Shown here: in pieces, positions 9,665 to 17,696 of the stretch | Position numbering within the stretch: the first letter of the stretch is position 1 | Layout of the letters: every line of letters starts with the position of its first letter | NCBI GenBank assembly: GCA_021825445.1 | Contig: JAKAHA010000005.1 | Location: 21,316-85,315, forward strand | Source: a bacterium | Lineage (GTDB): Bacteria; Patescibacteriota; Microgenomatia; UBA1406; GWC2-37-13 | Length of the DNA stretch: 64,000 bases | Direction: 5' to 3' | The notes under the pieces: generated by a model | Seen by the model: only the letters and a program-made list of their open reading frames with translations | What the model was told of the DNA's origin: nothing | The model's database searches: none | Position numbers and translations under genes: made by a program

Positions 9665-10955
9665 ATGATAATTTCATTCTAAATAATATTGAGCCGATAG
9701 TCAAAAGGGAATACGAAGAAGAAAGAATTGTCAAAAGATTGATTAACGAAGAATCATTATGATTAATTTTCGTTGAAACGCCAAGAATGTTTAAAGATGT
9801 TAAGCCCGCCTCTGTACTGTCAAGGATCGGACTACGGCGAGGCGAAGTAGGGGTCTGATTTATCAGACTCCTGTTAATTGGAATTGTTGTTTGACCAATT
9901 TTTGTTGGTGTCGTAGAGATGTCCAATTTGGGCGTCTGTGCTTCAATGGGGGTTGGGTTAGGTGTTGGATTAATACATGAATCATTGACAGAATTTTTAC
10001 TGGGTTCTTGAAGACAAAAATCATCAGAATCTATCGATGTTCTGCCTAAAGTTTTTCCTTGTTCGGTTTTTTGATATTCAAAATCGTCTTTTAAATTTTT
10101 ATTAAAATCCAACAAACGAACAGAATCTCCACTATTATTAAACATTGATGAAGTTAGATCAAAAACACCATAACTTTTCGGATTAATTTCTAAAGAAAAT
10201 ATTTTAGGAGTTGATCCTGCGTTTTCCAGATCATCGACATACCAGTTATTTAAGGAAACTACAAAATCATTATTATTATAAATTTCTATCCATTCTTTTT
10301 CACCGGGGAGGGAATTTACCATGACTTCGGAAAGATAGACGTTGTCATAAGAAAGGGAGCCCGCCTCCGTCAAGACTACGACGGGCGAAGTCGGAGTCGG
10401 TTGAATCGGTATAGAGGTTAAAATAATTGTTGGTGATAACGTCGGTACAGGTGTTAAGGTTGGAGTTAATGTCGAAGTTGGCGTTGGCGTCAACGTTGGG
10501 AACAAACATGTTTGTTCCATACCAGAATTATAAAATCCTAAATTTGCAGATCCTGTTGCCCAGTTATTTGTTCCATCCGGTGTTCTAAAAAATGAAATTC
10601 CGGAACCAGAACTGGATTTATAAGAAAAAGAATCTATTAATTGTTGTGAATTATCAATTAATCTAATAGTGTCAGTAGAAGATTTATTTAAATAAAAATT
10701 TGAAGAAAAAACCAAACAAGCATTAGGGTAAATTATTGAATTTGTAGGGATAGAATAAGTCCCGGAAGAAGAACCATCGTCGTCAATGATCCAACCAGAA
10801 ATATCAGCACTTTCCGTACCCGAATTAAATATTTCGACCGATTGAGGTTGGGGATCAATGAGGAATTCGTTGATTAGGATTTTAGAATCAGCAAAAACAA
10901 AATTAACAATAAACAATAACCTAATAAATATAATAATCAAAATTAATTTTTTCAT
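9618..10955 (-). CDS. Secreted protein with two lamin-tail domains (LTD), Thr/Pro-rich linkers and a C-terminal TM anchor
   Basis: Signal-like N-terminus. ILINEFLIDPQP..VEIFNSG..ADISGWIIDD and YLSEVMVNSLPGEKEWIEIYNNND..LNNWYVDD match the LTD pattern. TPTPTSTLTPTLTPVPT linker present. Confidence 0.75.
   Translation of the reverse strand: MKKLILIIIFIRLLFIVNFVFADSKILINEFLIDPQPQSVEIFNSGTESADISGWIIDDDGSSSGTYSIPTNSIIYPNACLVFSSNFYLNKSSTDTIRLIDNSQQLIDSFSYKSSSGSGISFFRTPDGTNNWATGSANLGFYNSGMEQTCLFPTLTPTPTSTLTPTLTPVPTLSPTIILTSIPIQPTPTSPVVVLTEAGSLSYDNVYLSEVMVNSLPGEKEWIEIYNNNDFVVSLNNWYVDDLENAGSTPKIFSLEINPKSYGVFDLTSSMFNNSGDSVRLLDFNKNLKDDFEYQKTEQGKTLGRTSIDSDDFCLQEPSKNSVNDSCINPTPNPTPIEAQTPKLDISTTPTKIGQTTIPINRSLINQTPTSPRRSPILDSTEAGLTSLNILGVSTKINHNDSSLINLLTILSSSYSLLTIGSILFRMKLSYGKNKNFYSSSFCST
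9805..9853. repeat. GC-rich hairpin element, family 3, copy A (inside the LTD ORF)
   Basis: Sequence cccgcctctgtactgtcaaggatcggactacggcgaggcgaagtagggg. The 3' 22 nt are identical to the copy at 23357-23378. Confidence 0.7.
10360..10396. repeat. GC-rich hairpin element, family 3, copy B (inside the LTD ORF)
   Basis: Sequence cccgcctccgtcaagactacgacgggcgaagtcggag. It aligns to copy C with 1 indel and a few substitutions. Confidence 0.7.
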
Positions 10956-10965
10956 AATTATGTAC

Positions 10966-11021
10966 GGAACAAAAATTTTTGTTCCCTACATTTTTATAAT
11001 TTAATGAATGTTTCTTGTCAA
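10966..11021 (-). promoter_or_regulatory. Putative promoter (TTGACA-17-TATAAA) followed by a perfect 20-bp palindrome, just upstream of the LTD gene
   Basis: Minus strand reads TTGACA (11021-11016), 17-nt spacer, TATAAA (10998-10993). GGAACAAAAATTTTTGTTCC (10985-10966) ends 10 nt before the ATG at 10955. Confidence 0.4.
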
Positions 11022-11159
11022 TCGTTTATAACCTACAAAATCACTCAATCGGACCAATAGAAAGCCATTATTAAGTCGATATATATTAAGGTTGTACTCG
11101 TCCCGCGAAGCTTTAGCGAAGTGGGATAACACGGAAAAAAATGATGATATACAAAGTTA

Positions 11160-12347
11160 TTATTGAGGTACAACTTTTCTTATTTCAAATATACTTCCTA
11201 CAGAATAATGACTAGTGAATGAAATTCTATGTCCATTTTCGATATATGGATCATGCATGACATAGTCTCCATTTGATCCGCTTATTAATACAACGAAATG
11301 AGTTCCACCATAAGCACGAACTCCAACGACGACTGGATTTCCAGATGAAAGAGTATCATCTATATATGCTCCGACTCGTGAAGTTGTTAATCCATCAGCA
11401 GAAATAGTATATTCTAGATAGGCGGGGTAGTATGAAGCAAAATTATTTGGATTAGAATTAATTGTTTGAGGATTAACACTTCTTCTTCCCAAATGAGTAT
11501 AAACCATCGCCATTGAAGTGACTAGACAACCATCACTTGCCAAAGTGTACCCAGTTCCATTTAGAGAATTTGCTCCCCACTGGCTATCTCTTTGACTATA
11601 ATAACAACCCCAATCATCACAAGATGTTTGATTGCTTAAAAGCGAAGATCCTCCCTGACCTTGTACAAAGCGTCCAAACGATGCCAACTGCTCTTGAGCT
11701 TGAGATAAAAGTCTCTGATAAGTAGCCTCATCGCTTTGAGTACTTGATAATAATCTTTGTTTTTGACTTCGTTGATTATCAAGAGCCTGTTTTTGATAGC
11801 TGAGCGTTTCATTCAATTTGTCCAACTCAATTTTTTTTTGTTCTCTTAGTTTTTTTTGTTCTTCGGCATTTGTCTTTGTTTCTTGAACCGTATAAAGAAG
11901 TTTTTGATTATTATTTTGAGCGCTTTTAAGATATTTAATTCGAGTTAAGAAATCACTGGCACCTTGACTATCCAAAAGAAGGGAAATAACTGAGAGAGGT
12001 TTTTTTTTATAGCCAATAACTATTCTTTGAATAAGTTGTTTAGATAAATAATCTAAAGATTGATCCAAGCCTTCGATTCTTGAGCCTAATAAATCAATTT
12101 CTTTTCCAGTGCTAACAATTTTTTGTTCCGTTTGATTTATCTGCAATGCTGTCAAATATATCTGAGTATCCATATATTGGATTTGTGAAGATAGTGTGTT
12201 TTTTTGTTGCTTCAATTCTTGGAGTTTTGTTTGGTATTCGCTAATTTTTTTTTCAAGATCAGATTTATTATCTTGGGCAAAAACGGATTCAGTAATATAG
12301 CAATTTAACAATATGACAATCAATAAAAAAAACGTTTTCAATTTCAT
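11160..12347 (-). CDS. Secreted coiled-coil protein with C-terminal papain-fold (peptidase C39-like/CHAP-like) domain; candidate FtsEX-controlled cell-wall hydrolase
   Basis: Signal peptide and long heptad-like Q/K/E/L-rich region. The C-terminal domain has a candidate catalytic Cys (SDGCLVTSMAMVY) and His (GGTHFVVL). It sits directly downstream of ftsEX. Confidence 0.7.
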   Translation of the reverse strand: MKLKTFFLLIVILLNCYITESVFAQDNKSDLEKKISEYQTKLQELKQQKNTLSSQIQYMDTQIYLTALQINQTEQKIVSTGKEIDLLGSRIEGLDQSLDYLSKQLIQRIVIGYKKKPLSVISLLLDSQGASDFLTRIKYLKSAQNNNQKLLYTVQETKTNAEEQKKLREQKKIELDKLNETLSYQKQALDNQRSQKQRLLSSTQSDEATYQRLLSQAQEQLASFGRFVQGQGGSSLLSNQTSCDDWGCYYSQRDSQWGANSLNGTGYTLASDGCLVTSMAMVYTHLGRRSVNPQTINSNPNNFASYYPAYLEYTISADGLTTSRVGAYIDDTLSSGNPVVVGVRAYGGTHFVVLISGSNGDYVMHDPYIENGHRISFTSHYSVGSIFEIRKVVPQ

Positions 12348-12354
12348 GATTTAA

Positions 12355-13251
12355 TTATACCTTTAGATATTTGTTAGTGGCGATATAAGAGGCAACCGAA
12401 GAAATAATGGCTCCAAATAAAGATATCGAAACAAAAACAATCATGAAGAAAATGTAATTTAAAGGCCAGATAATTAATTGATAATTAAAAACATCAACAG
12501 ATAAGGTCGTTACACCACGAAGGTATGATTGCAAAAACGGACTGAAATACAGGACTATCATAGAAAAAATACTAAAAGATAGAATCGAAGCAGACATTCC
12601 TAAAAATAAACTTTCCATAATATAAGGTTTTCTGATGTAAAAATTAGTAGCACCGATTAATCTTAATAAGATTATCTCACTTTCTTTAAGAGCAATTTTA
12701 AAAAGTATCATTGTTGTCAAAACAATAATTGACATAAGGATTAGGTAGCTAAAAAAAATAAGCGCAGTCATTCTTATGGTGTTTGTCAAAGATAGTAATT
12801 TATCAATAATGTCTTTCTCGTACTGGACTTCGTCAATATCTCCTTGTTTTTTTAAATATTCAGCGATTTCCGGAAGATAGATTGGTTTTTTTGCATAGAT
12901 TTCAAGAGATGGAGGGAGAATATTTGCCGAGACCATCTCAAGAAGTAGAGGATTATCCTTATTATCTTTTTTATAAATATTAAAAGCATCGTTTTTTGAT
13001 ATATATTTGATGCTCAAAACTTTTCCAGAATTCATGAGTTCCTCACGGACTTTAAATATTTGAGCCTCCTCAGTTTTATTTTGAAAATAAACAGTTACCT
13101 GAGGTTTTGTTTCTAGATACCCTAAAGTTCCGTAAAGAAAAGTTAGGGAAACAAATAATATCAGCGTTAAAAATAAAGTAAAAAATAAGACCAAAAAAGC
13201 AGACAGTGATTGATATGGGGTTCTTCTAATTGCGGTCCAGATTTGTTTCAT
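12355..13251 (-). CDS. ftsX: Cell-division ABC transporter permease-like protein FtsX
   Basis: 298 aa with 4-TM FtsX topology and a large first extracytoplasmic loop. 4-nt overlap with ftsE. Confidence 0.85.
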   Translation of the reverse strand: MKQIWTAIRRTPYQSLSAFLVLFFTLFLTLILFVSLTFLYGTLGYLETKPQVTVYFQNKTEEAQIFKVREELMNSGKVLSIKYISKNDAFNIYKKDNKDNPLLLEMVSANILPPSLEIYAKKPIYLPEIAEYLKKQGDIDEVQYEKDIIDKLLSLTNTIRMTALIFFSYLILMSIIVLTTMILFKIALKESEIILLRLIGATNFYIRKPYIMESLFLGMSASILSFSIFSMIVLYFSPFLQSYLRGVTTLSVDVFNYQLIIWPLNYIFFMIVFVSISLFGAIISSVASYIATNKYLKV

Positions 13252-13925
13252 AGGTCGTATCCTCCTTTTCTTTGGTCTTTAATTATCTTACCTTCTTTCA
13301 AAACCAACACTCTTTTTTGAAATGAATTGACAATATCCGTATTGTGAGTTGCAATGATAATAGTCTTTTTTCCTTCAAGTTTTTTAAATATTTTCATAAT
13401 ATCCCAAGAAGTTTTCGGGTCAAGATTTCCGGTTGGCTCATCGGCAATAATAATATCGCGATCTCCAATTATAGCTCGTGCAATTGCGACTCGTTGCAAT
13501 TCTCCAGCCGATAATTGAATTGGAAAAACGAATTCTTTTTTAGTTAAGCCGACGAGTTCAAGAGTTTTTTTTACCTCTGTTTTTATCTCTAAACTATCGA
13601 TTCCAACAACTTTTAGACTAACAGCGATATTTTCAAAAACATTTTTATCGCTTAAAACTTTAAAGTCCTGAAAAATAATTCCAATTTTACGACGCAACTC
13701 AATAATTTGTGAAAAATTTTTATCAGTCAGATCAAAATCATCAACAATTATTGAGCCACTAGTCGGGTTTATTTCCTTCGTGATCATTTTTAGAATACTG
13801 GTTTTTCCTGCTCCTGATTGACCGACTAAAAAGACGAATTGATTATCATCAATCTCAAAAGAAATATCATTTAAGGCAGTATTACCAAGAGGGAATTTTT
13901 TTGTGACCTTATCAAAAACAATCAT
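13248..13925 (-). CDS. ftsE: Cell-division ATP-binding protein FtsE
   Basis: Walker A GQSGAGKTS, signature [15 protein letters not shown], Walker B IIADEPT. Paired with ftsX. Confidence 0.9.
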   Translation of the reverse strand: MIVFDKVTKKFPLGNTALNDISFEIDDNQFVFLVGQSGAGKTSILKMITKEINPTSGSIIVDDFDLTDKNFSQIIELRRKIGIIFQDFKVLSDKNVFENIAVSLKVVGIDSLEIKTEVKKTLELVGLTKKEFVFPIQLSAGELQRVAIARAIIGDRDIIIADEPTGNLDPKTSWDIMKIFKKLEGKKTIIIATHNTDIVNSFQKRVLVLKEGKIIKDQRKGGYDL

Positions 13926-13931
13926 GGGTTA

Positions 13932-14050
13932 AATTCTAAATACTAAATTTCGAGTTCCAAATAAATTCTAAATAATAGGCACTAAATACTAAACTTTAGG
14001 ATTTAATATTTAATTATTTATAATTTATTTGTGATTTGAGATTTGTAATT
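13932..14050. repeat. AT-rich intergenic repeat, copy 1 (upstream of ftsE)
   Basis: Blocks aaattctaaatactaaatttcgagttccaaataaat... and aatttatttgtgatttgagatttgtaattt align to 14513-14633. About 47/58 positions match in the first block and 26/30 in the second, by eye. Confidence 0.6.
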
Positions 14051-14057
14051 TGAAATC

Positions 14058-14489
14058 TTATTTCTCAATTTCAACTAATCCAACATCCATCAGCCATCCG
14101 GCTTTTTGACCTGAAAAAGTTTGACCCCAAACCTTTACTTTTTTTCCAACATAGACTGATAAATCAACCGTGCTTGAAGTCAAATATGCATTTTGAGAAA
14201 TTCCCCCCGGACGCTCGATATGAAAGTTGCCTTCACCATCAATCCCACCTTCTCGCAGGATCCCTTCTACACTATCTTTAAAAGTTTTTTTATCAATAAC
14301 ACCTGCCGATTTGGCAGAGTCACCAGCTGCTTTACTTGTAATAGTTGTTTTTTTATTTAGGCGAGAAAATCCAAAACCCAAGATAGTACCGATGACAACG
14401 GCCAAAGCAACAAATGTAAAAAAAGAAGAATATGAAACCCCATCAACATCTTTTGAATCAATCGTATGAATCAAATTTTTATTTTCCAT
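14058..14489 (-). CDS. Hypothetical membrane-anchored protein
   Basis: 143-aa ORF with one TM helix (FFTFVALAVVIGTILGFGF). No family recognised. Confidence 0.6.
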   Translation of the reverse strand: MENKNLIHTIDSKDVDGVSYSSFFTFVALAVVIGTILGFGFSRLNKKTTITSKAAGDSAKSAGVIDKKTFKDSVEGILREGGIDGEGNFHIERPGGISQNAYLTSSTVDLSVYVGKKVKVWGQTFSGQKAGWLMDVGLVEIEK

Positions 14490-14512
14490 ATGAGTTTAGG
14501 ATAACAACTATT

Positions 14513-14633
14513 TAAAAAAATTACAAATCCTAAATTTCAAGTTCCAAATAAATAACAAATAATAAACATCAAATATTAATTTGTTTCAAATTTGTTATTT
14601 AGTATTTGAAATTTATTTGCGATTTGAGATTTA
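14513..14633. repeat. AT-rich intergenic repeat, copy 2 (upstream of the 143-aa gene)
   Basis: Paralogous to 13932-14050 (see that entry). Confidence 0.6.
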
Positions 14634-15647
14634 TTATTTAGAATTTTTCAAATAGGCTTCGATATATCCATCTATCTCTCCATCAAGTACGCGGTCGGTC
14701 TGGGTTTCTTCGTAATCTGTTCGAAGATCCTTAATTAATTTATATGGGTGAAGGACATACGATCTGATTTGATGCCCCCAAGAAGCCATTGTCTCCGTTT
14801 TAAATCCAGCGATAGTTTTTGCTTTTTTTTCTTGTTCTACTTTCCATAATTTTGCCCGCAAAATTTTCATAGCACTATCTCTGTTTTTACCTTGATCTCT
14901 TTCCGTTTGGCAAGTAATTATAATCCCTGTGGGTTTATGAGTTAAGCGAACTGCAGTTGAAACTTTATTAACATTTTGACCGCCGTGTCCCCCTGATCTA
15001 TAAAATTCCCATTCAACTTCATCATCTCGAACGCTAATTTCTTTATCTTCAATCATGGGTAATACTTCAACAAGTGAAAAAGAAGTTTGTCTAAGTTTAT
15101 CGGCGTTAAAAGGAGATTGGCGGACTAGTCGATGAACTCCTGCTTCGGATTTTAAATGACCATAAACAAATTTTCCGTAGACATTGATAATCGAACTTTT
15201 GATTCCTGCCTCCTCACCTACCACTCTATCAAACTCTTCGAAACGCCACCCTTTTCTTTCAAAATATCGGGTGTACATTCGAAAAAGCATAGACGACCAA
15301 TCCATGGCCTCAGTTCCACCTTGACCGGCGTGAATTGAAAAAACAGCCCCACCTTGGTCATATGGTCCAGAGAGAAAAAGTAGAACTTCATATTTATCAA
15401 TTAATTTTTTTGCCTCTTCAAGTTGGTTTTCGGCAAGTAAAAATTCCATCATTTCTAAATCATCAATTTCTTTTTTTAGTTCAGTAATCTTTTTCATAGT
15501 TTCGCCGGCGATTTTCGGATCACTCCAAAATGATGCTTCATAGCTTTGCTCCTCTAGAGTTTTTAATTCAGCTTTTTTGCCCTCCAAATCAGCTTTGCTA
15601 AGTATCGATTGATATTTTGATTTTAGTTGCTCGGCATCAATTTCCAT
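14634..15647 (-). CDS. prfB: Peptide chain release factor 2
   Basis: SPF motif (RQSPFNA), GGQ motif ([11 protein letters not shown]), and RF2-like N-terminus starting at [11 protein letters not shown]. Met25 of the track ORF is chosen as the start because the upstream 24 codons cover the intergenic palindromic element. The frame is continuous, with no internal frameshift site. Confidence 0.92.
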   Translation of the reverse strand: MEIDAEQLKSKYQSILSKADLEGKKAELKTLEEQSYEASFWSDPKIAGETMKKITELKKEIDDLEMMEFLLAENQLEEAKKLIDKYEVLLFLSGPYDQGGAVFSIHAGQGGTEAMDWSSMLFRMYTRYFERKGWRFEEFDRVVGEEAGIKSSIINVYGKFVYGHLKSEAGVHRLVRQSPFNADKLRQTSFSLVEVLPMIEDKEISVRDDEVEWEFYRSGGHGGQNVNKVSTAVRLTHKPTGIIITCQTERDQGKNRDSAMKILRAKLWKVEQEKKAKTIAGFKTETMASWGHQIRSYVLHPYKLIKDLRTDYEETQTDRVLDGEIDGYIEAYLKNSK

Positions 15648-15662
15648 GGAGTTAATTATACC

Positions 15663-15698
15663 TGTAGTGGCGTGATTTATCACGCCATAATAATCAAT
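15663..15698. repeat. 36-nt element E1 containing the perfect 18-bp palindrome GGCGTGATTTATCACGCC
   Basis: 33/36 identical to 17317-17352. Two of the three differences are a compensatory pair within the palindrome. Confidence 0.65.
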
Positions 15699-15699
15699 A

Positions 15700-17151
15700 T
15701 TATTTAAAATCACTAGCAAAGATGATCACTGCGTCAGACGCCTCTTTAGCGTCAAGGACAGTGATTTTCGGAGAAGTTACATAATCCTTCAAATCGTCTT
15801 TGATCATATCTCCCAACTGTTTTTTATCACTTTTTATCTGAATTTCCGTTATTGTGTAATCAAAATTTAAAGCATTATCAGTCAAAATTTCCACATAACC
15901 TTTTTTTCTAAGAATTTCCTTTATTTCAGTAGCCTTACCACGAACCCCAGAACCGTTTAAGACTTTTATCTTAACTTCTTCTTTTTTGAAACTTGGTGTT
16001 GGAGTTGGGGATGGCGGAGTCAAAGTAGGAGTAACGATAATTATTTCTTTTTTTGCCATGAAATTTGGTAATTTAAAATTGCTGCTAAATTTAGAAATTA
16101 AGACAAAAAATAAAAATGAAATTACAAAAGAACCAACGAAAAGTAAAACTTCTTTCTTAGGCATGTTAATTTTTGGTATTGAAATTTTACCTTTACTTAC
16201 AAAAGAACCGCCTTTCAATAGGGAAAAGCTTTTATTTTCTTCAGCGAGTATGAATGCTCCAAAGCAAACGTCATAAGTTAAAATTGGAAAAGCCTTTCCA
16301 TCTTTGGGAATTAGCATTTTCAAATAAGTTTCATAAAAAGTCGGGACAATTCTCTTTAATGGATTAGTCCAAACTCCAACAGACTTTGTAAAAGTATCTT
16401 GACGGATAGTATCGGATTTTTCTCCAGAAATTATAATTCGGTTTACTTTCTTCTTTTCAATAGTTATTTCATCAATCTTTGTTTTTAAAACATCAGCTAT
16501 TTTATCGGTTTCGGAATATTTTATTGATATTTTTTTATCATCAATCAGACCGCAAGAGTCAAATAAATATCCACTTAAAACATCGAGTCCTAACTCAGCG
16601 TATAAAATTGTTTCCTTTTTTTCTTTTCGTAAGGTTTTTTCAAACAATTTGAAATATGACATTGTCTCGGGGATGATTGATACTATCTTCAAATTGATTA
16701 AAACAAGTGCTTGTCTGATACTAGTCAAAGTTTCTTGATTGATGCCAAAATAAGTAACGACTTTTTCTTGTTCTGACTCTGTGACAAAGTAATCACTAGC
16801 TAAATCGTTACTGTCGACTGGTAATATCGAACGTGCTTTATCTAAAATAAAAGAATTAAGGGCAGAGGATGCAATATCAGAAGGTACTGTAGTTCGGAAA
16901 AAACTAAAAAATTCCTGGGGCAATATTAGTCCAATTTGATTATCTGCGACTGGTTTGTTTGATGAAGAAATTACTTCTTTAATCGCTGAAGCAAGTAGAT
17001 CTATATTGGTAATCTTACCTTTTTCGAATAAATTAGATTCATACGTTTTTTGATTATAAAGAGTTTCCTGTTGACCAAAGACAGTTTTTTTTAGATAAAG
17101 CAGTTTTATCGTATTACGGTCAAGATAAAGATAGATCATATATAGATACAA
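15700..17151 (-). CDS. Membrane protein with PilM/FtsA-like (actin-fold-like) N-terminal region, one TM helix, Thr/Pro linker and C-terminal LytR_C-like domain
   Basis: C-terminus [27 protein letters not shown]...ITEIQIK fits the LytR_C pattern. The N-terminal [14 protein letters not shown] resembles the PilM start. TM at [18 protein letters not shown]. Confidence 0.55.
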   Translation of the reverse strand: MYLYMIYLYLDRNTIKLLYLKKTVFGQQETLYNQKTYESNLFEKGKITNIDLLASAIKEVISSSNKPVADNQIGLILPQEFFSFFRTTVPSDIASSALNSFILDKARSILPVDSNDLASDYFVTESEQEKVVTYFGINQETLTSIRQALVLINLKIVSIIPETMSYFKLFEKTLRKEKKETILYAELGLDVLSGYLFDSCGLIDDKKISIKYSETDKIADVLKTKIDEITIEKKKVNRIIISGEKSDTIRQDTFTKSVGVWTNPLKRIVPTFYETYLKMLIPKDGKAFPILTYDVCFGAFILAEENKSFSLLKGGSFVSKGKISIPKINMPKKEVLLFVGSFVISFLFFVLISKFSSNFKLPNFMAKKEIIIVTPTLTPPSPTPTPSFKKEEVKIKVLNGSGVRGKATEIKEILRKKGYVEILTDNALNFDYTITEIQIKSDKKQLGDMIKDDLKDYVTSPKITVLDAKEASDAVIIFASDFK

Positions 17152-17204
17152 TATAAAAGATTAAATATTAAATATCAAATAGAAATTAAGTCTAAATTTT
17201 ATAC

Positions 17205-17234
17205 ATGTTTCAATCTATCAATAGATTAAAACAT
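17205..17234. repeat. 30-nt palindromic repeat R-a
   Basis: ATGTTTcAATCTATcaATAGATTaAAACAT. Paralogous to 17433-17462 (about 34/40 including tails). Confidence 0.55.
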
Positions 17235-17315
17235 TCGTAATTTATCTATCTCACGATCGTGAAGGAGATACCAAAAAATATTAGAGAAAGCGTACGCTTC
17301 TGTTATTATATTTTG

Positions 17316-17392
17316 TTGTAGTGGTGTGATTTATCACACCAAAATAATCAATTTAATGAATTATTATTAAATAATGAATCGTTCCACTACAA
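17316..17392. repeat. Element E2: 9-bp terminal inverted repeat (TTGTAGTGG/CCACTACAA) enclosing the palindrome GGTGTGATTTATCACACC
   Basis: The inner 36 nt are 33/36 identical to E1. The right arm cgttccactacaa recurs at 34546-34558. Confidence 0.65.
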
Positions 17393-17432
17393 AAAAAAGC
17401 AAGAACCGTGAACTCTTATAATTTTTTTACAC

Positions 17433-17462
17433 CTGTATCAATATATCAATAGATTGATACAT
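17433..17462. repeat. 30-nt palindromic repeat R-b
   Basis: cTGTATCAATATATcaATAGATTGATACAT. Same register as R-a, with compensatory changes (tgtTt/aAaca to tgtAt/aTaca). Confidence 0.55.
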
Positions 17463-17469
17463 TCGTGAT

Positions 17470-17634
17470 TCAAGAAACTCTTTTTACTTTGCTATCGGGG
17501 AATATTTTGTGAACCTGATACAAAAACATTTTCCACATAACAAAAATTACGCATGGATTACCATGAACATCCTTTCCTTTTATTTTATGTTTTCTAAATG
17601 TGCTCGGCGACTTTGATTTTTTTTCTTTTTCCAT
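17470..17634 (-). CDS. Possible 54-aa basic small protein (below the ORF-track cutoff)
   Basis: Hand translation gives MEKEKKSKSPSTFRKHKIKGKDVHGNPCVIFVMWKMFLYQVHKIFPDSKVKRVS. No family recognised; could be spurious. Confidence 0.2.
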   Translation of the reverse strand: MEKEKKSKSPSTFRKHKIKGKDVHGNPCVIFVMWKMFLYQVHKIFPDSKVKRVS

Positions 17635-17696
17635 AATTATTTAATAATTTAACATTTCTTCTTCTTATCAAGTGTTTTTAGGCTCTAAGTGATAGA

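Noticed and set aside
11026-11040. 15-mer ttataacctacaaaa shared between 11026-11040 and 63754-63768, both upstream of minus-strand genes
   Set aside because: In an AT-rich 64-kb window, several exact 15-mer coincidences are expected by chance (rough estimate from base composition). There is no extended similarity on either side.
14634-15719. Programmed +1 frameshift in prfB, and the 24-codon N-terminal extension of the track ORF
   Set aside because: The RF2 frame is continuous from MEIDAEQ... through the region where the CUU UGA frameshift site normally sits, so no frameshift is needed. The upstream 24 codons cover the intergenic palindromic element and overlap the preceding gene's end, so Met25 (15647) is preferred.
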